Part shown: piece by piece, positions 46,561 through 57,244 of the stretch | How positions within the stretch are numbered: position 1 is the stretch's first letter | Layout: each line of letters opens with the position of its first letter | DNA from: Deltaproteobacteria bacterium | Lineage (GTDB): Bacteria; Desulfobacterota; GWC2-55-46 | Direction: 5' to 3' | Assembly (NCBI GenBank): GCA_016182655.1 | Contig: JACPGB010000047.1 | Location: forward strand, 48,367 to 112,366 | Length of the DNA stretch: 64,000 bases | Translations under genes and position numbers: made by a program | Notes under the pieces: generated by a model | The model's database searches: none | What the model was told of the DNA's origin: nothing | Seen by the model: the letters and a program-made list of their open reading frames with translations, nothing else

Positions 46561-47351
46561 TTCACCTTCTTTAGGGTTTCCTTATTTATTTCTATCTTCG
46601 CCGTCCCCTTCAACTCTTCCAGCCAGTCTTCGAGCGCCTTCTCCTTTTTCTGCTCAAGGAGGCTCTCCTTTATCTCCCCGTATATGGTCCCTAACACGGG
46701 CGCGGGTATCTGCTCTTTTTTAACGACCCTGACGGCGAGGAAGTCGTCCCTGCCTTTTATGATTGCCGTCTCTCCTTCGGAGAGGTCAAAGGCCGCGTAA
46801 AGAGGGTTCGCGAGCCTTACATCCTCTATAAGCAAGGGGCCGACGACCTCCGCGCGTTCGAATGAGCCGGATGCGAGCTCGGCCCTCGCCTCCTCGGCCT
46901 TTTCCTTGCTCTCAACGTCTAAAAGCCGGAGCGAGAGCCTTGTGCCTATCCTCTTGTGGTGGGCCTGCACCTCTTCATCCGTGACAAAGAGCCTCTCGGA
47001 CCATTCCTTGGATTTCGAGTTCACGAGCTCCCTTATGAGCGTCTGCTCCCAGAACTCCTTGATGGTGTCGAGGAACTTCTCGTCCTGAGACAACCCCTTT
47101 TTAACCGCCTCCTGGACCATGAGCTTCCTGTCTATTACCGTATGGAGCTGGTGTTCGAGCGCCTCTTCGGTGAGTTTGAGGGCAGGGTCCCTCTTTGCGG
47201 CTATCGAGACCTCCTTCTGGAACTCCTTAAGGGCGACCGGCGAGCCGTTGACTGTCGCAACCGTGTCAATCTTGTCCTTCTGGCCTGTGCCGCAGGCAAC
47301 GAGCGTGATAGAGAGCGCCGTCAATATTATCGGGAATATCTTCTTCATCAT
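46557..47351 (-). CDS. SurA N-terminal-domain-like chaperone lipoprotein
   Basis: Lipobox LVACG. No PPIase signature seen. Confidence 0.5.
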   Translation of the reverse strand: MMKKIFPIILTALSITLVACGTGQKDKIDTVATVNGSPVALKEFQKEVSIAAKRDPALKLTEEALEHQLHTVIDRKLMVQEAVKKGLSQDEKFLDTIKEFWEQTLIRELVNSKSKEWSERLFVTDEEVQAHHKRIGTRLSLRLLDVESKEKAEEARAELASGSFERAEVVGPLLIEDVRLANPLYAAFDLSEGETAIIKGRDDFLAVRVVKKEQIPAPVLGTIYGEIKESLLEQKKEKALEDWLEELKGTAKIEINKETLKKVK

Positions 47352-47406
47352 TGACCCTTCTTTTTGGGGACTATTATATTCGATACCGTTCAGCGGGGGA
47401 TGCCGC

Positions 47407-48846
47407 TTACCTCTTGTTCCTCAGGTACTCTATCTTCTCTCTCACCATCGCGAGGTTCGATACCGCCTCCTGGCTCGGGTATATGCGCGCGGCCGCCTCG
47501 TAGGCCTTTTCAGCCTCCTCTAATCTCCCGGCCATTTCGTACGCGTAGCCGAGGTTCAGTTGCGCCTTGTCCTGGCCGGGGGATTTGGCGGCCGTATCCT
47601 GCCAGAAGGATAGCTCGTTTCTCCAGACCCCGACTCTTTCGAAGGCGACAGCGCCGTAAAAAAGGAAGACGACCGCAAAGGCCGCGTATGCGGTCTTCCG
47701 CGCGGCATTCAAATCCTTTATATAAGACAGGACCGACCCGAAGAGGACGAATACGGCGATTGCCGGGATATACATGTACCTGTCAGCGTAATAGACCGGT
47801 ATCGGGATGATGTTCGCGACCGGCATCAGCCATATCCAGAACCAGAGATACCAGAACCTCATCTGACCGGTCCCCTTCCAGAGGATCGCTATCGTAAGGA
47901 CTATCCACGCTACAAGCGAGACAGCGACCACAGGCTCAGCGAACGACCCGAAGAGCGTCGTATCGTAGAAGCCGCTCAAATCGAACGGCCAGAGGATGAG
48001 CCTTATGTACTTCCAGTATACCGGGACCATCGTCGGATATACCGTGCCGAAGAGCACGTCGAGTGAGAGACTGCCGCCCTCGATTGATTTATGCGACAGA
48101 TGCGCCCAGAAGGCCATCCCCGCCCCGAGCGTGGAGAGCAAAAACAACGGGACCGGCTTTACCCACCCGCGCCTCTCTTTTTTTATGAAGAGCTCATAGG
48201 CAATGAGCGCGAGCGGGAGCGTGACCGTAAGCGGCTTTGAGAGGAGCGCGAGCAGGAAGAAGACGAAAGCGAGCGCGTAATGGAAGAGGCCCTTCCCTTC
48301 CCTGAAGCTCAAGTAAGAGAGCATCGATAAAAACGAGAAAAATGACGTAAGGAGCGTCTTTCTCTCCGATATCCAGGCCGCGTTCTCGATATTTATCGGG
48401 TGGACGGCAAAGAGGAGCGCGGCCATGAGCGCGGTTACCCTGTCGTTCAGAAGCCTTGAGAGGAGCGCGAAGAGGAGGCAGGCGTTCAGAAAGTGCAGGA
48501 CGACGTTCGTAAGGTGATACCCTGCGGGGTCGAGCCCCCAGAGAGCGAAGTCGACAGAATAGCTCAGAAGATGGAGCGGCGCGTAGTTCGAGAAATACGT
48601 CTCCGTAAATAACCTCTTGAGGTTCCCGGCGGACAGGGACTGGATGAGGATATTTTCGACCACATACTCCTTGTCGTCCCAGGAGGGTATGAAGTCGAAC
48701 GAAAGAGTCCTGCCATAAAGCGCGGCCACTGCGATGGCTATCGCTATGTACGGCAACCAGAGATTGGCTTTTTTTCCTGCGAACATACGAAGACCCCTGA
48801 AACAAAAGTCAGAGGCCATTATCAAAGATTTCCCTGTGGGTGTCAA
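47407..48846 (-). CDS. Polytopic membrane protein with a C-terminal TPR, PMT_2/TMTC-like glycosyltransferase family
   Basis: FAVHPINIENAAWISERKTLL loop motif, about 11 TM helices, and a C-terminal TPR. The start may instead be at 48786. Confidence 0.55.
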   Translation of the reverse strand: MTPTGKSLIMASDFCFRGLRMFAGKKANLWLPYIAIAIAVAALYGRTLSFDFIPSWDDKEYVVENILIQSLSAGNLKRLFTETYFSNYAPLHLLSYSVDFALWGLDPAGYHLTNVVLHFLNACLLFALLSRLLNDRVTALMAALLFAVHPINIENAAWISERKTLLTSFFSFLSMLSYLSFREGKGLFHYALAFVFFLLALLSKPLTVTLPLALIAYELFIKKERRGWVKPVPLFLLSTLGAGMAFWAHLSHKSIEGGSLSLDVLFGTVYPTMVPVYWKYIRLILWPFDLSGFYDTTLFGSFAEPVVAVSLVAWIVLTIAILWKGTGQMRFWYLWFWIWLMPVANIIPIPVYYADRYMYIPAIAVFVLFGSVLSYIKDLNAARKTAYAAFAVVFLFYGAVAFERVGVWRNELSFWQDTAAKSPGQDKAQLNLGYAYEMAGRLEEAEKAYEAAARIYPSQEAVSNLAMVREKIEYLRNKR

Positions 48847-48944
48847 TAAGGGCGGGGGAGAGACTCGACCTGGAGATTCTAAAGATGTTAGAAAAACGAG
48901 GTCCGTCCGGAGTAGCCCACCCGGCCCGGACCCCGCGCACGATA

Positions 48945-49574
48945 TTATTTTTCGAAGAGGCTCTTCATTATGGTTATGACGTTCTTCTTGAAGTCCTCCA
49001 TGTCGTGGCCCGCGGCGTGCGGGTTCGTCATTATGTTCCCGGCTATCACCACAGTCGGCGTTTCCTCTATCCTGTACTCTTGCGCCATATCAAGCGCCTT
49101 CTGAGCCTCCCTCGCCTTCTCGCCGCCCCTGAGCTTCCTGCTAAAGTCAAAGCCGAGCCCGACCCTGGCGGCCAGAGCTTCGAGCACCTCGACACTTCCT
49201 ATGTCTTTTTTCTCTACGAAGTTCGCGTTAAAGAGCGCCTTCTTCATCTCCTCGCCCTTTCCGGCGTCTACAGCGATCAGGTACGCCTCTCCGGGTTTCG
49301 AGGAGCCCTGCCCCCAGTAGAGCGGGACTATCTTCCACTTGACCTTCTTCGGAAAATTCCCCTTTATCGCCGGTATCGCCTTTTCGAACTGATAGCAGTG
49401 GTCGCAATAAAAACTCAGGAACTCGACCACCTCGACGGTCTTGCCGTCGAACCTGAACTCCTTGCCCGGGACCTGCGTGAAACTCCCCTTTATTGTCGCG
49501 GGTGTCCCTGCCGCGATGGCGGCAAGGGGCAGGAAGAGTATTATGGCTATTGCGATTAGTGACTTTTTTATCAT
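48945..49574 (-). CDS. DsbA-family thiol:disulfide oxidoreductase
   Basis: Signal peptide and a CDHC active site. Confidence 0.7.
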   Translation of the reverse strand: MIKKSLIAIAIILFLPLAAIAAGTPATIKGSFTQVPGKEFRFDGKTVEVVEFLSFYCDHCYQFEKAIPAIKGNFPKKVKWKIVPLYWGQGSSKPGEAYLIAVDAGKGEEMKKALFNANFVEKKDIGSVEVLEALAARVGLGFDFSRKLRGGEKAREAQKALDMAQEYRIEETPTVVIAGNIMTNPHAAGHDMEDFKKNVITIMKSLFEK

Positions 49575-49584
49575 ACGGATCTCC

Positions 49585-50874
49585 TTAGTGTATTATCTTT
49601 TCCCTGTAGCGCTCGTAATCGAACTCGGGGCTGTTCTCTTTTGTGTGGCACTTGAGGCATACGGTCTCATCAACAGGGCCGGACGGCGCGGAAAAACCCC
49701 TGGCGTGGTCCTTGCCCGGGCCGTGGCAGACCTCGCACTGCACTCCGGCAAGCCCCGGTGTCGCTACCCTGTTTTTGAACCCGCCCTCGGTCCCATAGCC
49801 GGTCGTGTGGCAGACTATGCACTCGGGGTCTTTCGATTTCCCGACCCTTTCAAGCGTATCAAAAGCCTTTGCGTGTTTTGTCGCGGACCAGGACTCGAAG
49901 AACGGCTCGTGGCACTCTATGCAGGAAGCGGCTCCGAGCCAGGGGCCGGAGAGCTCCATCTTCTTTTCTTCGTCTTTAGTAAGCTCGGCGACCTTCGCGT
50001 CGTACTCTTTCAATACCTCCCTCACCCGCGCGTCCTCTGTGACATCCTTGCCGAGCGACTGCCACCTCTGGTCGAAGGACGACACCCTGCCCTTTTCGTC
50101 GAGCCTGAGAGAGAGGATGCCGAGCTTCTCGCCCTTGGGGTAGCCGGAGACGACGATTGCGCCCTTGTCCCTCACTACCCCGTCGATCTCCTCGCCGGAC
50201 GATGTTATCACGACATCCCACCCCTTGGCCGCGGCATCTTTTACGAATCTACCCGTAAGGAGGATGTTCAGCATCCCCTTTTTAACGGACTTCGGGTCGA
50301 TACTGATGTTTATCCTGATCGGGCCGCGCTCGACGACGACGGAGCGGCTTTTGCCCTTGAGGGATGAGACTGCCCTGAGGTTTTTTTCCTTGATGGCGGG
50401 CTCGATAAATTCAGGGAGCTCAAAAAACGCCGCGGCGTCATACCCGATGACCCCGAAAGACTTGACGAGCGCCTCTGACTTCAGTCTCCCCTGCGGCGTA
50501 TCGGTCGCAAGCGAGTTACCCGCGTCGGCCAATACGAAAGGCTCGAGATTTTGTCTCTCCGAGTTTATAAATCCGGATAGCCGCGCAAGCCCGCCCGACT
50601 GCGTCTCCGGGGCGCACCCGCAAGGCTCGAGCTCCCCCCTCATCGCGCCGGTATAGAGTATGTTCAATACCCTTTCATCGGCCACGGCCGGAAGCGGCGC
50701 AAGCGCGAATAAAAAAAGGGCCGCCAGACAAAGCAAGGCTCTCAGGGGATCTATAATGAGAAGAGACGGCCTGTTCGCGGGCGCTCGCTCGAACGGATAA
50801 ACGGGGGTGTTTGCCGGAAGGCCCGGATGACCGGGCTCGGGCGTGGACGGGTAATCTGCAATACTGCGCCTCAT
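49585..50874 (-). CDS. Tetraheme c-type cytochrome with a large N-terminal non-heme domain
   Basis: Four CxxCH motifs (CIECH, CIVCH, CEVCH, CLKCH) in the C-terminal 110 aa. Signal peptide. The N-terminal roughly 300 aa are of unknown fold. Confidence 0.7.
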   Translation of the reverse strand: MRRSIADYPSTPEPGHPGLPANTPVYPFERAPANRPSLLIIDPLRALLCLAALFLFALAPLPAVADERVLNILYTGAMRGELEPCGCAPETQSGGLARLSGFINSERQNLEPFVLADAGNSLATDTPQGRLKSEALVKSFGVIGYDAAAFFELPEFIEPAIKEKNLRAVSSLKGKSRSVVVERGPIRINISIDPKSVKKGMLNILLTGRFVKDAAAKGWDVVITSSGEEIDGVVRDKGAIVVSGYPKGEKLGILSLRLDEKGRVSSFDQRWQSLGKDVTEDARVREVLKEYDAKVAELTKDEEKKMELSGPWLGAASCIECHEPFFESWSATKHAKAFDTLERVGKSKDPECIVCHTTGYGTEGGFKNRVATPGLAGVQCEVCHGPGKDHARGFSAPSGPVDETVCLKCHTKENSPEFDYERYREKIIH

Positions 50875-50933
50875 ACAAAAAATAGTATGAGATACGCGCT
50901 CTTAAGTCAACAAGAATCAGGCGGGAGGCCGTC

Positions 50934-52031
<1,098 letters not shown>

Positions 52032-52039
52032 CTATGGGC

Positions 52040-52531
52040 CTATTGCCCCTTGGCTATTTTCTTTACGAATACCTCGCCGGTCGCCGTCATGAACATGACC
52101 TTCCGGCCGAATACGCCGCCCGTGTCCCTGCTCAACGTTACTATCCTGCTCTCCGAAAGGGACTCCTCGGCGAGCGCTATGTTACGGTCTCCGACGTTCA
52201 GGAGCCCGCTCGTGCTCTCGAGGATGTTCCCCCCTCCGAACACCTTTGCCCTGATGTTGCCCTTGATCGAGCCGAGGGAGAGCATCTTCTCTATGAGCAT
52301 CGGTATCGCGACGTTCCCGTACTTAGGCGTCCGGAGCCCCTCGCCGTTCCAGAAGGGCAGGAGAAAGTGGTTCATGCCCCCTCTCCTGAGTATCGGGTCC
52401 CAGAGGCATACCGAGACGCAGGAGCCGAGGACCGTCGAGATGATGGACTCGCCGGTCTCGGCGAATATCATGCCGGGGTAGAGGAAATGGGCGTTCGCGG
52501 CCTTCGCATTCACAACGCTCTCCATGCTCAT
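52040..52531 (-). CDS. cheD: Chemoreceptor glutamine deamidase CheD (copy 2)
   Basis: 163 aa with the CheD family motif (VLGSCVSVCLWD). The ATG overlaps the upstream kinase stop (TGATG). The ORF-track ORF 52040..53227 is an out-of-frame artefact. Confidence 0.8.
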   Translation of the reverse strand: MSMESVVNAKAANAHFLYPGMIFAETGESIISTVLGSCVSVCLWDPILRRGGMNHFLLPFWNGEGLRTPKYGNVAIPMLIEKMLSLGSIKGNIRAKVFGGGNILESTSGLLNVGDRNIALAEESLSESRIVTLSRDTGGVFGRKVMFMTATGEVFVKKIAKGQ

Positions 52532-53433
52532 CAGAACCTCTCGCCGTCTGTTCCGAAGAAGAACTCGTTGCCGTCGACGGAGAAGACCGTCGCCTCCTCC
52601 CCGGCCATCTCGGGGACCGTGACCGTGAATACGGCGCCCGCGCCTTTTTTGGAGACGACCGAGATAGCGCCGCCCAGGAGCTCGAGCGTCGACTTGATTA
52701 TCGAGAGCCCGAGCCCGTGCCCGCCGTGGTGCTTGGTCGAGCCGGCCTCCAGCTGGCGGAACCTCTCGAAGACCGCCCCCTGGTCCCGCTCTTCCATGCC
52801 GATACCGTAATCGGCGACCGAGACGGAGAGCTCGCCACCGTCCTTCCACGCCTTGATCGTCACGGGCCTCTCCTCGTAGCTGAACTCTATGGCGTTTGCA
52901 AGCAGGTTCGCAAGCACGCACTGGAGCTTTTCCGGGTCGGTCCTGAAGAAGTGGTTCCTGACCGCATCGGTCAAGGTAGTGGAGACGGTTATCTTCTTTT
53001 CCGCGGCCCTGTGCCGGAAGGCTTCCACGGTGCTTTTCATGAGGGTCGCCATGTCTATCGCGGAAACGCTCAAAACGCTTTCGCCCGCCTCGAGTTCGGC
53101 GGCGGCGAAGATGTTCCGTAGCTGGTAATTCAGGCTGAAGGCCTCTTTCCGGATGGTCCCGACGAGCGAGCGGCATGTCTCCGCGTCGAGGTCCATGGGG
53201 CCGTCGGTTGAAAGTATCAGCTCGCACATGGTGAGGACCGAGGTCAGCGGGTTGTTTATCTCGTTCCTTATGTTCGAGAGGAAGTGGCTCTTTACCTTCT
53301 CGGACTCAAGGAGCCTCTCGTTCAGGGACGCGAGCTTTCTGGTCATCGCGGTGAGGTCGTGGCAGGCCTTGTCCTTGGCCTTGAGCCTCCGCATGAGCTC
53401 GTTTATTATCTCCTCGTCGCGATACCTGTCCAT
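52531..53433 (-). CDS. Cytoplasmic sensor-less histidine kinase (coiled coil + HisKA + HATPase_c)
   Basis: H-box KSHFLSNIRNEINNPL and G-boxes (DYGIGM, GGHGLGL). No TM helix and no REC domain. Confidence 0.8.
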   Translation of the reverse strand: MDRYRDEEIINELMRRLKAKDKACHDLTAMTRKLASLNERLLESEKVKSHFLSNIRNEINNPLTSVLTMCELILSTDGPMDLDAETCRSLVGTIRKEAFSLNYQLRNIFAAAELEAGESVLSVSAIDMATLMKSTVEAFRHRAAEKKITVSTTLTDAVRNHFFRTDPEKLQCVLANLLANAIEFSYEERPVTIKAWKDGGELSVSVADYGIGMEERDQGAVFERFRQLEAGSTKHHGGHGLGLSIIKSTLELLGGAISVVSKKGAGAVFTVTVPEMAGEEATVFSVDGNEFFFGTDGERF

Positions 53434-53456
53434 GGAGCCTCCTCGTATATTCGCTT

Positions 53457-54005
53457 TTAATCGTAATTTCCGACGAGGGCGGCTCCCTCGTCCGTTGTCG
53501 TCCTCTGGATGGTCCGCACTATCGCCTGGCCGGTGTGCGTAAGATAGAGGACCTTCCGCGCCTTGTCCCCGCCGGTATCCGAGTCGACGACCCGGACCCC
53601 GCGCCTCTTGAGGGCGGAATGCGCGGCGAGCGCGTTCTTGGCCCCGATCGAGGCGGCCCCCCTCGTGTCAGTAAAAGCGGCGCCCCCGAAGACCTTTGCT
53701 TCGAGCCGGGAGGGCCCGGCCCCGTGCTCCTCGAACCTCCGGAGCATGAGCTGGACGGAGCCGTCGACGAATATCATGGCGTCCCGCTCTTCCATCGAGC
53801 AGGAGGAACACTCAAACGCGCACTTTGTCATCGGGCGCGGCAGGAGGGCATGGCAGATGGCCCCGGCCCGCAGAGCCGGAGAGTGGATGAGTACCGCGAT
53901 GCAGGAACCGAGGACCGTGCGTACGGCGGAGGGCCTGATGCTGAAAAAAAGCTCCCCGGGACTGAGATAGACGAGCGGGATGCCTTCGGGAACGTATATG
54001 CGCAC
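53457..54005 (-). CDS. cheD: Chemoreceptor glutamine deamidase CheD (copy 1)
   Basis: 182 aa with the CheD family motif (VLGSCIAVLIH). Confidence 0.8.
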   Translation of the reverse strand: MRIYVPEGIPLVYLSPGELFFSIRPSAVRTVLGSCIAVLIHSPALRAGAICHALLPRPMTKCAFECSSCSMEERDAMIFVDGSVQLMLRRFEEHGAGPSRLEAKVFGGAAFTDTRGAASIGAKNALAAHSALKRRGVRVVDSDTGGDKARKVLYLTHTGQAIVRTIQRTTTDEGAALVGNYD

Positions 54006-54006
54006 G

Positions 54007-54861
54007 TCACACCTTTCTGTACACCGATGGCGCCGCCTTCTCGAACGGGAGGTCGAGCCCGGAGAGCGTCTCCGAGTGCCCTATGAAAAGGTAGCTCCCG
54101 GCGTGCATGCACTGGGAGAACTTGTAAAAAAGCCTCTCCTGGGTCTCTTTGTCAAAATATATGATGACATTCCTGCAAAAAATAATATCGAGGTCCCTGA
54201 ACGGAAACTCGTTGTCCATGAAATTAAGCCTCTGGAGGTGGAGACGGGCCCTTAGCTCCGGAGACATCCTCACGAGCCCCTTTGCCGCGTCCCTGCTCCT
54301 TAATACATACTTTTTTCTGAGCTCCATCGGCACGGGCTCGATCCTCTCTTCCTTATAGATGCCTTTTTGGGCCATGGAGAGGACCCTTGTCGAGATGTCG
54401 GTACAGGATATCCTGAAGTCGAACCCAAGGCCCGAGTTAGCGCACGCGAACTCCGAGAGCGTCATTGCAATGGTGTACGGCTCCTCGCCGGTCGAGCATC
54501 CCGCGGACCAGACGGTAAGCGGTGAACCGAGCCCCGCCCTACGGCTGTTTACGAGCTCCGGGACCGCCGTGTTGGAGAGGTACTCGAAGTGGAACGACTC
54601 GCGGAAAAAATCGGTCTTGTTCGTAGTGACGAGGTCTATCATGTGGACGAGCTCCTCGTCCGCGCCGGCGGGGCTGAAGACGAAGTCGATATATTCCCGG
54701 AAGCCTCTGAGCCCGAGCGCGCGGAGCCTCTTCTGGAGCCTGGATTCCAAGAGCGCCTTTTTCACCGGGGGCATCTTTATCCCGAGCTCCTTTTGTATGA
54801 AGGCGCTAAGGGCCTGGAACGCCTTGTCGTCCATCCGGACCGAACCGATGATGCCTGTCAT
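54007..54861 (-). CDS. cheR: Chemotaxis protein methyltransferase
   Basis: SAM-binding motifs (VWSAGCSTGEEPYT). Confidence 0.9.
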   Translation of the reverse strand: MTGIIGSVRMDDKAFQALSAFIQKELGIKMPPVKKALLESRLQKRLRALGLRGFREYIDFVFSPAGADEELVHMIDLVTTNKTDFFRESFHFEYLSNTAVPELVNSRRAGLGSPLTVWSAGCSTGEEPYTIAMTLSEFACANSGLGFDFRISCTDISTRVLSMAQKGIYKEERIEPVPMELRKKYVLRSRDAAKGLVRMSPELRARLHLQRLNFMDNEFPFRDLDIIFCRNVIIYFDKETQERLFYKFSQCMHAGSYLFIGHSETLSGLDLPFEKAAPSVYRKV

Positions 54862-54923
54862 ATGAATGCCTTATCGATAATTAAAGGGCTCCGGGGGGCT
54901 TTTGCCCCCCGGAGGACCGCCGC

Positions 54924-55418
54924 TTATGCCGCCGGGGCCTTGGCCTCGTGGACCTCGAGGAGCTCCTCTGTCGAGAATATCCTGTCGATCTCGAGGATTA
55001 TGATGAACTGGTCGTCACGCTTGCCCATGCCCTTGATGAACTCGGTATTCAGCCTCGTCCCTATCCTCGGGGCCGGCTCTATCTGGCCCGGCTCGAGCTC
55101 TATGACCTCCTGGACGGAATCGGCCAGGGCCCCGAGCACGAGCTTGTCCCCGTCGAGATTTATTTCCGCTATTATGATGCAGGTGTTCACGGTCTGCTCG
55201 GTCCTGGACATGTTGAACTTAAGGCGCATGTCGACTACCGGCACTACGGACCCGCGAAGGTTTATGACTCCCCTCATGAAGTCCGGGGTCCTCGGGACTT
55301 TCGTGAGCGCCGTAAAATCGAGGACCTCCCTCACCTTGGTGATGTCGAGGGCGAAGACCTCCGTCGCGAGCTTGAAAGTCAGGTACTGCGTGGTCTCTGT
55401 TATGGCGGCAACACTCAT
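54924..55418 (-). CDS. cheW: Chemotaxis coupling protein CheW
   Basis: Start at MSVAAI, with an AAGGAGGG RBS 8 nt upstream. The ORF-track start at 55466 overlaps the MCP and is rejected. Confidence 0.85.
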   Translation of the reverse strand: MSVAAITETTQYLTFKLATEVFALDITKVREVLDFTALTKVPRTPDFMRGVINLRGSVVPVVDMRLKFNMSRTEQTVNTCIIIAEINLDGDKLVLGALADSVQEVIELEPGQIEPAPRIGTRLNTEFIKGMGKRDDQFIIILEIDRIFSTEELLEVHEAKAPAA

Positions 55419-55431
55419 CTGGAAGCCCTCC

Positions 55432-57138
55432 TTAATATTTGACGAACTCGGTCTCTTCCTCGTCACCCGCGTCGAGGTTCAAGGCGACCCCGCTGTTCGC
55501 GGCCGCCTTGGCGTGCTTCGCATGAGCGGAAGGCGCGGCTTCCCTTGCGTGAACGGCCTTGGCCTTGGGCGCCGGCTTTGCCCCGCCCTTGACCACCTTT
55601 AGCTGTCTCGTCGCCTGCTGTAAGCCGGAGTCCGATATCCTGAAGAAGGCTATCGCCGACTGGAGCTGTTCGGCCTGCGAGGAGAGCTCCTCCGAGGTAG
55701 ATGCGAGCTCCTCGGCCGCGCCCGCGTTCTGTTGTATGACCTGGTCGAGCTGCTGTAGCGCCCTGTTTATCTGTTCGGCGCCGCTGTTCTGCTCGCCGCT
55801 CGCGGCCGTTATCTCCTGGACGAGCTCCGAGGTCTTCTGGATGTCTGGTACGAGCTTCGCGAGCATCTCCCCGGCTTTTTCCGCGATTTGCACGCTGGTC
55901 GAGGAGAGCTGGCTTATCTCGCCCGCCGCGGTCTGGGACCTTTCGGCGAGCTTCCTTACTTCAGAGGCCACGACGGCAAACCCTTTGCCGTGCTCGCCGG
56001 CCCTTGCGGCCTCTATCGCGGCGTTCAGCGCAAGCAGGTTCGTCTGCCTCGCGATCTCCTCGATGATCGATATCTTGGACGCTATCTCCTTCATGGCGTT
56101 TACGGTCTCCGCGACCGCCTGGCCGGACTCTCTGGCGTCGGACGCCGACTTGTTCGCTATCTTTTCCGTCTGCTGGGCGTTATCCGAGTTCTGCTTGATG
56201 TTAGAGGTCATCTCCTCCATGGAAGACGAGGTCTCCTCGATGGAGGCCGCCTGCTCGGTCGCGCCGTGGGATATCTGCTGTGCCCCGGAGGAGAGCTCCT
56301 GGCTCCCGCCCGCGACATTGTCGGATACGGTACGGACGTCCGTCACGACCCCGCGTAGCTTCTCCACCATGTTCTTCATGGCGGCCATGAGCTGGCCGGT
56401 CTCATCCTTGCCCCTGACCTCTATCTCCATCGTCAGGTCTCCTATTGCGAGCTTGTTCGCGACGTTCGTCGTGAGGTCCGAAAGAGGCTTTGCTATGAGC
56501 TTGGTCAAGAGCATGACGGCCGCTATGGCGACGGCCATCGCAAGGACCGTCGCGCCTATTACGATATTTCTCGTCATGATGTAGTCGTCATTTGCCTCGT
56601 TAAAGAGCTGTTTGCCTACCTCGTCCTGTATCTCGATGAGCCTCTGGGATTTCTGGTCGACTATCGTGAACTTTGGGCCCGCGTCATTGGCGGCGTTGTA
56701 CCTGGCCTGGTCGAACTTTCCTTCGAGCGCCCATTTGTAGGTGTTGAGCCTGGAATCGTTATAGGCCCTCCATGCCGGACGGAACTCGGAGAGGACCTTT
56801 TCCTCCTCGGGCACCAGCGTCGTCGCGGCGTACTTCTCAATCAGGTTGTCTATCTCCTTTTCGCTCTCGGAAGCATCGTTGAAGATGGCCTGGCGCTTTG
56901 GCGCATCCTGCTCATTTATTATCTTCAGCGCGCCCATCCTTATATTGGCAAGCTCCATGTTGATCTTGCCGAGGTCGACGACAGGCACGAACCTGTCTGC
57001 GTAAAGCGACTGTAGATTGCTCTTCATGTCCATTATCCTGTTGATGCTCAACCCCCCGAGCAGCATGACGAAGACCACGACAAGGGCGAAGCTAACGGTC
57101 AGTTTGGAGCTCGTTTTCATGTCTCTGAAGAAATTCAT
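55432..57138 (-). CDS. Methyl-accepting chemotaxis protein (TM-periplasmic 4HB-like-TM-HAMP-MA)
   Basis: Conserved MA signalling domain ([33 protein letters not shown]). Confidence 0.9.
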   Translation of the reverse strand: MNFFRDMKTSSKLTVSFALVVVFVMLLGGLSINRIMDMKSNLQSLYADRFVPVVDLGKINMELANIRMGALKIINEQDAPKRQAIFNDASESEKEIDNLIEKYAATTLVPEEEKVLSEFRPAWRAYNDSRLNTYKWALEGKFDQARYNAANDAGPKFTIVDQKSQRLIEIQDEVGKQLFNEANDDYIMTRNIVIGATVLAMAVAIAAVMLLTKLIAKPLSDLTTNVANKLAIGDLTMEIEVRGKDETGQLMAAMKNMVEKLRGVVTDVRTVSDNVAGGSQELSSGAQQISHGATEQAASIEETSSSMEEMTSNIKQNSDNAQQTEKIANKSASDARESGQAVAETVNAMKEIASKISIIEEIARQTNLLALNAAIEAARAGEHGKGFAVVASEVRKLAERSQTAAGEISQLSSTSVQIAEKAGEMLAKLVPDIQKTSELVQEITAASGEQNSGAEQINRALQQLDQVIQQNAGAAEELASTSEELSSQAEQLQSAIAFFRISDSGLQQATRQLKVVKGGAKPAPKAKAVHAREAAPSAHAKHAKAAANSGVALNLDAGDEEETEFVKY

Positions 57139-57244
57139 CTTTCCCTCCGCTTGGTTATGTTGATCATTTTTTCCTCCCTAAAGCTGTCTCTGAAGTCCGT
57201 GCCTATCATTCCGGCGGCGCGTCTTTTGTCATTGCGTCCTCCGT

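Noticed and set aside
52040-53227. ORF 52040..53227(-) of 395 aa spanning CheD2 and the kinase
   Set aside because: Its N-terminal 230 aa are an Arg-rich out-of-frame read-through of the histidine kinase gene. Only the C-terminal 163 aa (CheD, starting at MSMESVV) are real.
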